From Candidatus Latescibacterota bacterium (GTDB lineage: Bacteria; Latescibacterota; UBA2968; UBA8231), in the NCBI GenBank assembly GCA_965248355.1, contig OZ252098.1, forward strand, positions 3,744,001 to 3,808,000: a DNA stretch of 64,000 bases, given 5' to 3'. Made by a program: the position numbers and the translations under genes. Positions 23,531 to 32,963 of this stretch are shown one piece after another (positions within the stretch are counted from its first letter, which is position 1; every line of letters begins with the position of its first letter). The notes beneath the pieces are model-generated. The model did not search any database and was not told the origin of the DNA. It saw only the letters and a list, made by a program, of their open reading frames with translations.

Positions 23531-23944
23531 GTGATGAGCCAACCCGGTACCAGCACCTCTTCCAAGATCTATCGGCCCGAGATGTCGGCCACGTGGTGGC
23601 TGAAGTCAAGGCGCTATTTCCTGTTCATGATGCGGGAACTGTCGAGCGTATTCATCGCTCTTTTCGTCTTGACTTATCTCTACGAGCTCTTTCTGTTGTC
23701 CACAGGCCCAGAGGCTTACGGGCTTCTGCAGGAGTCGCTGAGCAAGCCTGCCGCCGTGTCTCTCTACGGTCTCGCCCTTCTTTTTGCCATCTACCACACG
23801 GTGACCTGGTTCCAGGCCGCTTCAAAGATCCAGGTGGTGCGCCTCGGCTCCTGGACGATGCCGGGGTGGATGATGATAGGGGGCGCTCTTGGCGTCTGGA
23901 TCGTGATCTCCGCGGCCGTGGCGGTGTACTTCCTCCGAGCGTGA
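23531..23944 (+). CDS. frdC: Fumarate reductase membrane anchor C
   Basis: Y.PEM..TWW...Y..FMMRE, HTVTWF; three hydrophobic helices. Confidence 0.85.
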   Translation: MMSQPGTSTSSKIYRPEMSATWWLKSRRYFLFMMRELSSVFIALFVLTYLYELFLLSTGPEAYGLLQESLSKPAAVSLYGLALLFAIYHTVTWFQAASKIQVVRLGSWTMPGWMMIGGALGVWIVISAAVAVYFLRA

Positions 23945-24315
23945 GCACTGAGGGGGTGAACTACAAGAGAGACACGAAGGAGCCCTTCTGGTGGGGCATG
24001 TTCTCGGCGGGCGGTGTCGTCGCCGCGCTGCTGGTGCCGATCCACATCTTGCTGGAGGGCCTCGCCGTGCCCTTGGCCTGGGTCGACCCGGGGGCCGTGG
24101 CCTACGAGCGCATGCAGGCCTTGATCGCCTCTCCCTTGGTGAAGGTCTATCTCTTCATCCTCCTGGTCCTGCCTCTGTATCACGCCGCTCACCGCGTCCG
24201 CTTCACCCTGTACGAACTCGGAATCCGCGGACACGGGCCCGTGGCCGTGCTCTGCTACGGGGTGGCGCTGGCTGGTACCGCCGCCTCAGCCTGGATCCTG
24301 TTGAGTCTGCCGTAG
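23941..24315 (+). CDS. frdD: Fumarate reductase membrane anchor D
   Basis: EPFWWGMFSAGG, LPLYHAAHR; GTGA overlap with frdC. Confidence 0.85.
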   Translation: MSTEGVNYKRDTKEPFWWGMFSAGGVVAALLVPIHILLEGLAVPLAWVDPGAVAYERMQALIASPLVKVYLFILLVLPLYHAAHRVRFTLYELGIRGHGPVAVLCYGVALAGTAASAWILLSLP

Positions 24316-24403
24316 CTCCGCGCTCCGGTGCGGCGCCTGCGGCCAAGGGAAGGCGAGCGCGGTCCCGAGTGGATCACCGTCTCTCCGAACAAGTGCGCCA
24401 AGC

Positions 24404-25561
24404 ATGAAAATCCATGAATACCAGGCCAAGGACTTGCTGCGGAGTTACGGCGTCGCGGTGCCCGAAGGCGGGGTTGCCCGCAGCCCCGACGAGGCCGAGA
24501 AAGTGGCTCGAGAGTTGGGCGGCCACGTGGTCGTCAAAGCGCAGATCCACGCCGGCGGGCGGGGAAAGGGCGGCGGCATCAAGCTCGCCGAATCGGCCGC
24601 TGATGCACGGAGAGTGGCCGGGGAGATCCTCGGCATGCAGTTGGTCACCCATCAGACCGGCTCCGAGGGTCGGAAGGTGAAGCAGGTTCTGGTGGAAAGC
24701 GCCAGTCACATCCTTCGCGAGCTGTACCTGGGCGTCACCCTCGACCGCGTCCAGGGCCGCGACGTGGTCATGGCCAGCCAGGAGGGAGGGGTGGAGATCG
24801 AAGAGGTCGCCGCCAGGAACCCGGGGGCGATCCTGCGCGAGACCGTGCACCCGGGTCTGGGCCTGCTGCCCTACCAGGCGAACCGGCTGGCTTTCGGCCT
24901 CGGCTTCGAGGGCGCCATGGTGCGCTCCGTGGCCGGACTGCTCCTCAAGCTCTATGAAGCGTACCACTCCGCGTCCTGCTCCATCGCCGAGATCAACCCC
25001 CTCGTCGTTACCGGCCGGGGCCAGGTTCTGGCCCTCGATGCGAAGATCAATTTCGACGATAACGCGGTGCTGTGGCAGAAGAAGCATGCCGAGCTGCGCG
25101 ACCTCGATGAGGAGGACCCTCTGGAGGTCGAAGCCTCGAAGCACGGTCTCAGCTATATCCGGCTCGACGGCGACATCGGCTGCATGGTGAATGGCGCGGG
25201 ACTGGCCATGGCGACGATGGACATCATCAAGCTCGCTGGCGGTGAGCCGGCCAACTTCCTCGACATCGGCGGCGGCGCCAGCGCCGAGACGGTCGAGAAC
25301 GGGTTCCGCATCCTGCTGGCCGATGCCAAGGTGGAAGCGATCCTCATCAATATCTTCGGGGGCATCGTGCGTTGCGACCGCGTTGCCCAGGGGGTCATTC
25401 AGGCGCAGAGGAATATGGCCGTGGAGGTTCCGGTGGTGGTGCGTCTGGCCGGCACGAACGCCGAGGTGGCCGCGAAGATGCTGAGAGACTCGGAGCTCGA
25501 CTTCACCGTCGGCACCGGCCTGAAGGACGCAGCCGAAAAGGTTGTGGCCCTCCTGCCATGA
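24404..25561 (+). CDS. sucC: Succinyl-CoA synthetase beta subunit
   Basis: [39 protein letters not shown]. Confidence 0.97.
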   Translation: MKIHEYQAKDLLRSYGVAVPEGGVARSPDEAEKVARELGGHVVVKAQIHAGGRGKGGGIKLAESAADARRVAGEILGMQLVTHQTGSEGRKVKQVLVESASHILRELYLGVTLDRVQGRDVVMASQEGGVEIEEVAARNPGAILRETVHPGLGLLPYQANRLAFGLGFEGAMVRSVAGLLLKLYEAYHSASCSIAEINPLVVTGRGQVLALDAKINFDDNAVLWQKKHAELRDLDEEDPLEVEASKHGLSYIRLDGDIGCMVNGAGLAMATMDIIKLAGGEPANFLDIGGGASAETVENGFRILLADAKVEAILINIFGGIVRCDRVAQGVIQAQRNMAVEVPVVVRLAGTNAEVAAKMLRDSELDFTVGTGLKDAAEKVVALLP

Positions 25562-26433
25562 GCGTCCTCGTCAACAGGGCTACCAAGGTCTTCGTGCAGG
25601 GGATCACCGGGTCGGAAGGATCCTTTCACACCCGGCAGATGATCGAGTACGGCACGCAGGTGGTGGGCGGATCCACGCCCGGCAAGGGAGGTCAGAAGTT
25701 CGAGGGCCTGCCTGTGTTCAACACTGTCGCCCAGGGTGTGGCGGAGACCGGTGCCGATGCCTCCGTCATCTTTGTGCCGGCACTCTTCGCCGCTGATGCG
25801 ATCATGGAGGCCGCCGACGCCGGGATGGCCACCGTCGCCTGCATCACGGAGGGTATCCCCGTGGCGGACATGGTCCGTGTGCGCGAATACCTGCGCGACC
25901 ACCGGAAGACGGGTCTCATCGGGCCGAACTGTCCAGGTTTGATCACTCCAGGGGAATGCAAGATGGGGATCATGCCCGGGTCGATATACCAGCGCGGCGG
26001 GGTGGGGGTCATTTCACGCTCGGGCACGCTCACCTACGAGGCGGTCGGGCAGTTGACGGAGCGTGGTCTCGGTCAGTCCACGTGCATCGGGATCGGCGGC
26101 GACCCGATCATCGGCACCAGCTTCCTCGACGCCTTCAAGCTGTTCCGCAACGACGCGGACACCGAAGCCGTGGTCATGATCGGCGAGATCGGTGGCAGCG
26201 CCGAGGAGGAAGCGGCGCGTTACGTGCGCCGCCACTTCGATCGGCCCGTCGTCGGTTTCATCGCCGGCCGGACGGCCCCTCCCGGCCGGAGGATGGGTCA
26301 CGCGGGCGCGATTGTCTCCGGCGGCGAGGGAACGGCAGAGGAAAAGATGAAGGTCATGGAGACGGCCGGGATCCGTGTGTGTCGAAGCCCGGCCGATATC
26401 GGCGAGACCGTGCAGGCGGTGCTGGCGGGCTGA
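25558..26433 (+). CDS. sucD: Succinyl-CoA synthetase alpha subunit
   Basis: [34 protein letters not shown]. Confidence 0.97.
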   Translation: MSVLVNRATKVFVQGITGSEGSFHTRQMIEYGTQVVGGSTPGKGGQKFEGLPVFNTVAQGVAETGADASVIFVPALFAADAIMEAADAGMATVACITEGIPVADMVRVREYLRDHRKTGLIGPNCPGLITPGECKMGIMPGSIYQRGGVGVISRSGTLTYEAVGQLTERGLGQSTCIGIGGDPIIGTSFLDAFKLFRNDADTEAVVMIGEIGGSAEEEAARYVRRHFDRPVVGFIAGRTAPPGRRMGHAGAIVSGGEGTAEEKMKVMETAGIRVCRSPADIGETVQAVLAG

Positions 26434-26598
26434 CCTGCGGACAACCGCACTGGACAAACGGGCGGTCCCTGTGGAAAGGGGGCGCCCGTTTGTCTATACC
26501 CTGCCCCCGCGAACCACCGCGGAGGTCCGCGGCAGGAGCGTCGCAAACCTGGCTCTCAGGCGGTCCCCCTTTGGGAGCAGGCAAGTTTGTAGACAGCT

Positions 26599-27117
26599 TC
26601 AGCCGTCATCCTCTTGCGCCAGGAAGTGCACGCTGCCTGCGTGGCAGGTGGCGCAGTTCATCTGACCGTTCCCGGGGAGGTCGACGCGGCCCTCGAGCGT
26701 CTTGGCTGGCTCCCCGTCCCCGGTCTGTTCCACCACCGTCAGGAAGATTCCGGGATCGTCGCCTTCGGACTGATAGCGGGCCCTGATCAACAGGCTCTCA
26801 TTTTCATGGTGCTCCGTCAGCAGCATCTCGGCGCTTCCCCGCGCCACCAGGCTGTCGACGAAGGTGAGCTTCATGAGCCGGGCGACCTGCTTGTGCTCGG
26901 TCTCGGCCTCGTAGTCGACTTTTCCCTGGGACTTGACGTGACAATAGAGACAGGTCTTCACGCCGAGAGCCCGCACCACCTGCTTCATGGCCTTGACCGT
27001 GCTTGGGTAGTCGGGGCCCCAGATCGTTGCGCCATCGTCATCTGCCGCTGTCGGCAGGGCGACCACAGAGCAGACCAGCAGGCCGGCCAGCCCGGCCCGC
27101 ATCGTTCCATTTCTCAT
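26599..27117 (-). CDS. Exported dihaem c-type cytochrome (photosynthetic-RC cytochrome c subunit-like repeat)
   Basis: Signal peptide; M...ALGVKTCLYCH...K.VARLM and NCATCHAG. Confidence 0.75.
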   Translation of the reverse strand: MRNGTMRAGLAGLLVCSVVALPTAADDDGATIWGPDYPSTVKAMKQVVRALGVKTCLYCHVKSQGKVDYEAETEHKQVARLMKLTFVDSLVARGSAEMLLTEHHENESLLIRARYQSEGDDPGIFLTVVEQTGDGEPAKTLEGRVDLPGNGQMNCATCHAGSVHFLAQEDDG

Positions 27118-27246
27118 CAGGGTTCTCCCCGGGAGCTCATCGTACCCCTCGACGAAAGTAGGACGGGCAGTGTTCGTCCGCCAACCTGGTGATCACGCCT
27201 GGGAACCAAGCCAGGAGAGGGGCCACCCGAAGGTCCGGTCCGCAGC

Positions 27247-28194
27247 TCAGGGGGGGCGGCGAATGGCCTCCAGATAGGTGCGGGTTCTGCCCGCCCAACA
27301 TAGATAGTCGAACAGGATGGCCGGCCATGGGATCGATTCGAAGTGTTCGGCCAGCCAGCGGGCGCCGTGGTAGAATGGTCTCCAAAGGGCCGTGTGCGGC
27401 AGCCACCTTCCGGGGTCCAGCGGGCGGCGATTCAGGAAGCCGAGGCGCAGGATCGAAGCCAGCTCGGGGTGCGTCCCGACGATGTGGGGCAGCGATTGAC
27501 GCCCGTAGGTCTCCATGGCTTCGCATGTGCCGGCCAGCGCCCTCCACCGATGATGGAGGGTCCGGGCCACGGGCAGCGAATGCACGGCCACTCCATTCAG
27601 GTGGAGCCGGTATCCGAGCTCGAGATCCTCGCCTCCGTAGGCGGACAGGCCCTTGTCGAAGCCGCCCAGCTGTCTCAGGATCGACCGCGGCACCGAGGAG
27701 TTGCCGGTGACGAAGCACTTGAAAGGCACGGGCCCCGGCTTGAACCGGGCGATCCCACGGGTGGAGAAATAGCGGGCAAGGGCTGTGTCCGGGACCTCGG
27801 GAGCCCAGCGGATGGCGCCGACGGCGGCGCTTCCTGGGTGGCGGCGGTGGAATTCGTCGTGAGCCCGCAGGAAGCCGGATTGGACAGTCATGTCTCCGTC
27901 CAGAAAGACGACTACGGCGCCTCTCGCCGACTCGATGCCGGCGTTGCGCGCCGCCGCACGGCCTCGATTCTTCTTGAAATGGATGGCCCGCACCGGCAGA
28001 GGGGCGGCGAGGTCGGACAGCGGGGCCGGGTCGAAGCTCGGTGAGCCATCATCGACCACGACGATTTCCGACATGCCGGCCGGGAAATCCTGGGCCGCCA
28101 GAGAGCGCAGGGCCCCGGCCAGCAACTCCGCCGCCCGGTATGTGGGCAGCACCACGGAGAGCCGGGGACCGCCGCAGGACTCCCCTGTGGTCAC
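27247..28194 (-). CDS. Glycosyltransferase family 2
   Basis: SVVLPTY, VVVDDGS, AARNAG, FLDGD, GGED.ELGYRL; GTG start overlaps the GT4 stop. Confidence 0.9.
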   Translation of the reverse strand: MTTGESCGGPRLSVVLPTYRAAELLAGALRSLAAQDFPAGMSEIVVVDDGSPSFDPAPLSDLAAPLPVRAIHFKKNRGRAAARNAGIESARGAVVVFLDGDMTVQSGFLRAHDEFHRRHPGSAAVGAIRWAPEVPDTALARYFSTRGIARFKPGPVPFKCFVTGNSSVPRSILRQLGGFDKGLSAYGGEDLELGYRLHLNGVAVHSLPVARTLHHRWRALAGTCEAMETYGRQSLPHIVGTHPELASILRLGFLNRRPLDPGRWLPHTALWRPFYHGARWLAEHFESIPWPAILFDYLCWAGRTRTYLEAIRRPP

Positions 28195-29312
28195 AATTGC
28201 TCGTAGGCCTCCAGCAAGTGCGGGGCCTCCCGTTCCCAGCAATACCGTTCCGCTGACCGGAGCGCCGCCTCGCCCATGCGCCGGCGGCGCCCCTCGTCGG
28301 TCAACAGCTCCCGAATCCCGTCGGCGATGGCGTCCGGATCCTCGGGATCCACGAGGGCGCCGGCGCCGGTGTCCTCGATGACCCGCCGGATCTCCGGGGT
28401 GTCGCCGGCGAGTACGGGCAGTCCCGCCATGAGGTATTCGAAGAGCTTGTTCGGCAGGGACCACAGGAAGCTGTTTCCCGTCGGCTTGATCACGCACAGG
28501 CCGAGGTCGGCTCCGCAGGTGAGAGCGTGCAACTGCGGGAAAGGGAGGCGCGGCAGGAAGCGTACTCGGTCGTGCAGGCCCAAGGCGGCGACCTGCCTGC
28601 GCAACGCCTCCTCCATGGGTCCGCTGCCGAGCAGCACGAGTCGCCCAACCTCGATCCGGCTCATGGCGGTGATCTGGTCGGCCAGCCCGTTCTCGGTCAG
28701 AAATCCACCTTGGTACAAGACCAGCGGATCTGTGTCGCCGACCAGTCCGAGGGCACTCCGAAGGTCGTCGCCGGCGACGGGCTCCCGAAAGGGTGGCAGA
28801 TTGCGGACAAGGACCGGCGGGCGCTCCAGGCCATAGGTCTGCTCCAGGTTCTCGGCGATGGCGGAGCTGACCGTCAGAACCCGGTCGACGCGCCGGATGA
28901 GTCGGCGTTCCAGCCATCGCCAGAAACCGCGGATGCCGGGCCGATGAACCAGAGAGGATTGCTCCGCGAACAACTCGTGGGAGTCGTATACCAAACGGGA
29001 CCCGCGCCGTGCCGCCGCACGTGCGGATGGCCACAGGGCGTCGAGATCGTGGGCGTGGTAGACATCCGCCCTGGTCCCGGCGGCGAGACTCGTCGCCCGG
29101 TGCCAGAAGATCGGGTATGTGCGCCGCAGGGATCTCGAGCGATCCAGCGGGATCCTGTGAAGCTCGAAATCCTCCCAGACCGACGGAAGTTGGCCGCCGA
29201 AGTCGGACGTGACCAACACTACTTCGTGACCGGCGCCCCTCAGTGCGTCGGCCTCTCGGAAGACTCTGAAATCGAACCGCAGGTCGCCGAAGAGAACCAT
29301 GCAGACGCGCAT
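28191..29312 (-). CDS. Glycosyltransferase family 4
   Basis: D.RVFREA, YHAHD, VYDSHE, PNKLFEY.MAGLPV. Confidence 0.9.
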   Translation of the reverse strand: MRVCMVLFGDLRFDFRVFREADALRGAGHEVVLVTSDFGGQLPSVWEDFELHRIPLDRSRSLRRTYPIFWHRATSLAAGTRADVYHAHDLDALWPSARAAARRGSRLVYDSHELFAEQSSLVHRPGIRGFWRWLERRLIRRVDRVLTVSSAIAENLEQTYGLERPPVLVRNLPPFREPVAGDDLRSALGLVGDTDPLVLYQGGFLTENGLADQITAMSRIEVGRLVLLGSGPMEEALRRQVAALGLHDRVRFLPRLPFPQLHALTCGADLGLCVIKPTGNSFLWSLPNKLFEYLMAGLPVLAGDTPEIRRVIEDTGAGALVDPEDPDAIADGIRELLTDEGRRRRMGEAALRSAERYCWEREAPHLLEAYEQL

Positions 29313-29416
29313 CAGCTCGGCGCCTGATTCCGTGTTTGGAGCATGGTGAGCACAGGTGAGCCGATGGCCGCAGGCGGTGCCCCAGCCCAAGGAGGGCCGC
29401 CGGGGGCTGGGCCTGG

Positions 29417-29884
29417 TCAGCGAGCGGTCAGGCGGAACTGACCGCTCTCGATGGCAGCCTCGAGCTCGGCGCGGAACAGGCTGTCGGTGTGTACGGTGAT
29501 CTTCCAGCCGTCCGGGTCGCGCAGGAAATAGTAGAAAGGTCCTTCGCCCTCGGGCACCGTCGAGCGGTCGAATTGCAGATAGGCGACGCGCTCGTTGATG
29601 CGGCGTTCCTCCGCGATCTCGCGCCTGGCCACCTCCCGGCCCAGCTTCCGGCCCGCTTCGCCGGCAATCGAGGTCCTCCAGGCCGCCCGGTCTCCGCCGA
29701 GATCCTGCTCACGGTGGCTTCTACTCAGGCAGGACCAGGCCGTGTCCCCGTCGCCTTGGGACAGGGCCTCGCGGTAGGTGCGGAAGGTTGAAGCGGGGCT
29801 GGCAAACCGGGAGTCCAGTCCCTCACCGCAAGCGAGCAGGAGGGTCAGGCCGAGCCAGGTAATGACCGGGGTGTGCCGGATCAC
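29417..29884 (-). CDS. Hypothetical lipoprotein
   Basis: Lipobox LLLAC; SP..TF..Y..AL..GD...AW, DGWKI (NTF2/DUF4878-like). Confidence 0.6.
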   Translation of the reverse strand: MIRHTPVITWLGLTLLLACGEGLDSRFASPASTFRTYREALSQGDGDTAWSCLSRSHREQDLGGDRAAWRTSIAGEAGRKLGREVARREIAEERRINERVAYLQFDRSTVPEGEGPFYYFLRDPDGWKITVHTDSLFRAELEAAIESGQFRLTAR

Positions 29885-29903
29885 GGTCCGCCTGTTCGAA
29901 AGC

Positions 29904-30581
29904 TCAGGGACGGGTGCTCCGGACGCGTTCGATCTCGTCGCGGAGGAGTGCCGCCTTCTCGTAGTCCTCGCAGAGCACGGCCTGTTCCAGGCGGTGCTGC
30001 AAATCGGCGAGGTGGTTTCGCTCCCCGTCCAGAACAGGGGTGTTCTGGGCCTCGGCGGCATCTGCCTGCGCGCGGTCTCCCAGGATCTGCGGCTCGACTT
30101 CATGGAACCGGGACATGGTGCGCTCGAGGTCGGCGCCGTCAGGGGCCGAGGAGAGACTGGCGAGCTCGAGAAGCTCACGCGTGATGAAGACGGGGGCGTC
30201 GGTTCGCAGCGCTAGGGCCACGCCGTCGGAAGGCCGGCAGTCGAGTTCTCGGAAACGTCCCCGGCGTTCGATCACGGTGGATGCGAGGAACACCTGTCCC
30301 TCGACGGAGTGGATCACGACGCGACGGACCGGGATGGTGAGCTTGCCAAGCAGCGAGGCGAGCAGGTCATGGGAGATCGGACGGAGCGGCCGTTCTCCAC
30401 CCAACTGCATCTGGATCGATGCTGCCTCGAACTCACCAACGGCGATCGGCAGCAACCGGGGCTCGGGCGATTCCTTTTCGCACAGCCACATCAATGGCTT
30501 CTCCGCCCGCAGATAGGGGCTGACCTTCATCACCGTCATCTCGACGAGAGCCCGGCGCGGTCTGCTGCGGTTGGCCGTCAT
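29904..30581 (-). CDS. Bifunctional nuclease family (DUF151) protein with C-terminal UVR domain
   Basis: LPIAVGEFEA, RPISHDL, DCRPSDGVALA; L..AV..EDYEKAA.LRDEI. Confidence 0.88.
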   Translation of the reverse strand: MTANRSRPRRALVEMTVMKVSPYLRAEKPLMWLCEKESPEPRLLPIAVGEFEAASIQMQLGGERPLRPISHDLLASLLGKLTIPVRRVVIHSVEGQVFLASTVIERRGRFRELDCRPSDGVALALRTDAPVFITRELLELASLSSAPDGADLERTMSRFHEVEPQILGDRAQADAAEAQNTPVLDGERNHLADLQHRLEQAVLCEDYEKAALLRDEIERVRSTRP

Positions 30582-30624
30582 GATGGAACGTGTACTGTCC
30601 CCTGATTCCTTGGCTGTCCGATGG

Positions 30625-31227
30625 TCATGGGAGTGTATTCAAATGGTCCCGCAAGCGCGCCGCCTCCTCGTAGGCCTCCTCGGCGATGGCTCGGCGCAGC
30701 CGCTTTTCCAATTGCTGTCTTTCCGTCAGGCGGGGCTCGGAGTCGGCCAGGAGCTCTCCGAGGCTGACCAGGCCTTTCGGAGGGTCGGCCTCCCCCACCC
30801 CGTTGTTCGGCGGGGGGTCGTCTTCCTCGTCCCAGCTCTCCGTGTCCGGTTCGAGAACGTCCTCGTCGGCAAAGATCGGAGCGCCGGCGCGCAGCGCAAG
30901 GGCGATGGCGTCGGACGGGCGTGAGTCGACCACGAGCTCGCGGCCCTCGTCGTCGATGAGCCGGATCTCGGCGTAATAGATGCCGTCCTGCAGACGGGTG
31001 ATGGCCACCTGTCGGACGCTGGCGCCGGCCTCCTCCAACAAGGACTTGGCCATGTCGTAGCTGAGTGGCCTCGGAGCCTTCTGACCACGGTGCGCCTGGG
31101 AGATGGCGCGCGCCTCGGAAGGGCCGATGACGATGTGGAGATTGCCGTCGCCCTTCTTGGCTCGCAGAAGGACGCGGTGATAGGCCCGGGAGGATACCTG
31201 AACCTGGTGAACTTCCATTTCAACCAT
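30625..31227 (-). CDS. Bifunctional nuclease family (DUF151) protein with C-terminal UVR domain
   Basis: IVIGPSEA, RPLSYD, DSRPSDAIALA; AIAEEAYEEAARLRD. Confidence 0.88.
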   Translation of the reverse strand: MVEMEVHQVQVSSRAYHRVLLRAKKGDGNLHIVIGPSEARAISQAHRGQKAPRPLSYDMAKSLLEEAGASVRQVAITRLQDGIYYAEIRLIDDEGRELVVDSRPSDAIALALRAGAPIFADEDVLEPDTESWDEEDDPPPNNGVGEADPPKGLVSLGELLADSEPRLTERQQLEKRLRRAIAEEAYEEAARLRDHLNTLP

Positions 31228-31265
31228 GGTTCAATCTCCTACCTCCATCGGGGGATGGAGGCGTG

Positions 31266-31295
31266 AATATAGCACGCCGAAAAAAGCACTGTCAA
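31266..31295 (-). promoter_or_regulatory. sigma70 promoter (extended -10) of the DUF151 operon
   Basis: - strand TTGACA-18 bp-TATATT with TG extension; SD ggaggtaggag downstream. Confidence 0.7.
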
Positions 31296-31342
31296 CCAAT
31301 GGGCAAGTTCTTGTAAATATGGAAGCTGCGTTGCGAAGGCCG

Positions 31343-31507
31343 TCATGTTTCCGGTCTGTCTCCGGGCCCCTGAAGGCGGTTTTCCAACTCCCGCAGAGAT
31401 CGCCACAACTCTCGGTCCCGGCGCCGGAGCCGGTCCAGGTAGAGGGCCAGCAGAAGGAAGAACGCACCGTAGGCGATGCCCAGGTAGATGAGGCCGGTGT
31501 TCTCCAA
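31343..31507 (-). CDS. ccmD: CcmD-like small membrane protein
   Basis: TTG after SD gaggagg; YL.IAY + TM helix + basic coiled tail; follows ccmC. Confidence 0.7.
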   Translation of the reverse strand: MENTGLIYLGIAYGAFFLLLALYLDRLRRRDRELWRSLRELENRLQGPGDRPET

Positions 31508-31521
31508 GGCGGATCCTCCTC

Positions 31522-32241
31522 TCAGCCGGATCCGGCATGTAGCCGAAGGTGGCGCAGCCGGGCGGCCAGCCGTGCCTGGCTGAGCCGCAGCCGCATGAGG
31601 TGCAGGAAGAGACAGCCGAAGGCGGCGTAGCAAAGGTATTTCGTGTGGGCCATGGCCGGAGCCAGTTCGATCCCGGGCGGGTGGAGTTGCTGCGCTTTGG
31701 ACCACATGTGGACCGAGAAGTGCACGAGTGGAACGTTGGCGAAGGCGACGATTCCGACGACCGCTGCGATGCGCTGGCTCCGTTCCCCCGGTTCGCCGTA
31801 GGCGCGCACCATCAGATAGGCGATGTAGATCGTGAAAGTAATGAGCATCGTCGTCAGACGAGGCTCCCAGCGCCAGAACACCCCCCAGACCGGCTTGGCC
31901 CACAACGGCCCGCTGATGAGGACGAAGAGGGAGAACAGGACCCCGAGTTCGGCGCTGGCGCTGGCGAAACGATCCCACTCGTCACGGCGGCTCTTCAGGT
32001 AGAGAAGGCTGCCGAGGAAGACCAGGAAGTAGGCCAGCCCGGCGGAGATGGCGGCAGCGACGTGGAAGTAGTAGATGCGCTGCAACCACGGCCAGCTGGT
32101 GCCCATCAGCGGGTTGTGGTCGGCCGGCGCGTAAAGGAACACCGCGGCCACCGCCGCCAGCATCGAGAGCGTGGTGGCAAGGCCCAGGGCGCCGGCGTAT
32201 CGAGGCGGATGGCTGGTGTTCATGGGCCGCAGGGCTGTCAT
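31522..32241 (-). CDS. ccmC: Haem export/chaperone-loading protein CcmC
   Basis: RIYYFHV, WAKPVWGVFWRWEPRLT (WWD domain), LHP. Confidence 0.9.
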   Translation of the reverse strand: MTALRPMNTSHPPRYAGALGLATTLSMLAAVAAVFLYAPADHNPLMGTSWPWLQRIYYFHVAAAISAGLAYFLVFLGSLLYLKSRRDEWDRFASASAELGVLFSLFVLISGPLWAKPVWGVFWRWEPRLTTMLITFTIYIAYLMVRAYGEPGERSQRIAAVVGIVAFANVPLVHFSVHMWSKAQQLHPPGIELAPAMAHTKYLCYAAFGCLFLHLMRLRLSQARLAARLRHLRLHAGSG

Positions 32242-32264
32242 CGACGAGCCCCTTCCATTTCGAG

Positions 32265-32963
32265 TCACTCTTCGATGACGAAGTCGAACAGCATCAGGGC
32301 CAAGCAGGTGAAGACCAAGGCGAATAGGGCCAGCATGGCCATGTGGAAGGTCAACTCCTGCGGCCACAAGGCCGCGACTCGTCCGGGCGCGGTCGAAGCC
32401 AGGACGGCGCTGGTGGCCGCCACGCAGGAGATCAGCGCGGGGAGAAGGATCGGAAGCAGGAGCAGCGGCAGCAGCAACTCCCGCAACCGGGAGTGCCCGA
32501 CCATGGCCGCGAACAACGTGCCAACGGAGGCCACGCAGGCGGATCCGAGCGCGAAGACGATGGCGAGCGGCAGCAGGTAAAGACCGGGGGTGAGGTTAAA
32601 GAACAGGCCGAAGAACGGCAAGGTGAGAAGCTGCACCCCGAGTAGGAACAGCGCGTTTCCGCCCATCTTGGCCAGGTAGAGCGATCTCCGTTCCACAGGC
32701 GCCGTGAGCAAAGCGTCGAGACAGTCGTTGCGGGCCTCGCTGACGAAGGTGCGCTGCAGTCCGAAGAGGCTGGCGAACACGAAGCACGACCACAGCACTC
32801 CCGGGCCGATTTCCCACAAGGCCGCGCCTCCGAGCTCGAAGCTGAAATTGAAGACCAGCATTACCAGAAGGACGAAGAAGACCATGGGGCTCAGCCGCAC
32901 CTTCGTGCGCCACTCGGCGGCCAGATCCTTGCGCAGCAGGATCAGAGCATGTCCCAGGGTCAC
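32265..32963 (-). CDS. ccmB: Heme exporter protein CcmB
   Basis: KDL..EWR, PGVLW, F.SE, ELLLPLLLLP. Confidence 0.9.
   Translation of the reverse strand: MTLGHALILLRKDLAAEWRTKVRLSPMVFFVLLVMLVFNFSFELGGAALWEIGPGVLWSCFVFASLFGLQRTFVSEARNDCLDALLTAPVERRSLYLAKMGGNALFLLGVQLLTLPFFGLFFNLTPGLYLLPLAIVFALGSACVASVGTLFAAMVGHSRLRELLLPLLLLPILLPALISCVAATSAVLASTAPGRVAALWPQELTFHMAMLALFALVFTCLALMLFDFVIEE

Noticed and set aside
26530..26570. gcaaac...ctctcaggc resembling a glycine riboswitch; nearby c-di-GMP and cobalamin-like words
   Set aside because: Core motifs are missing, and the site lies between convergent gene ends, not in a leader.
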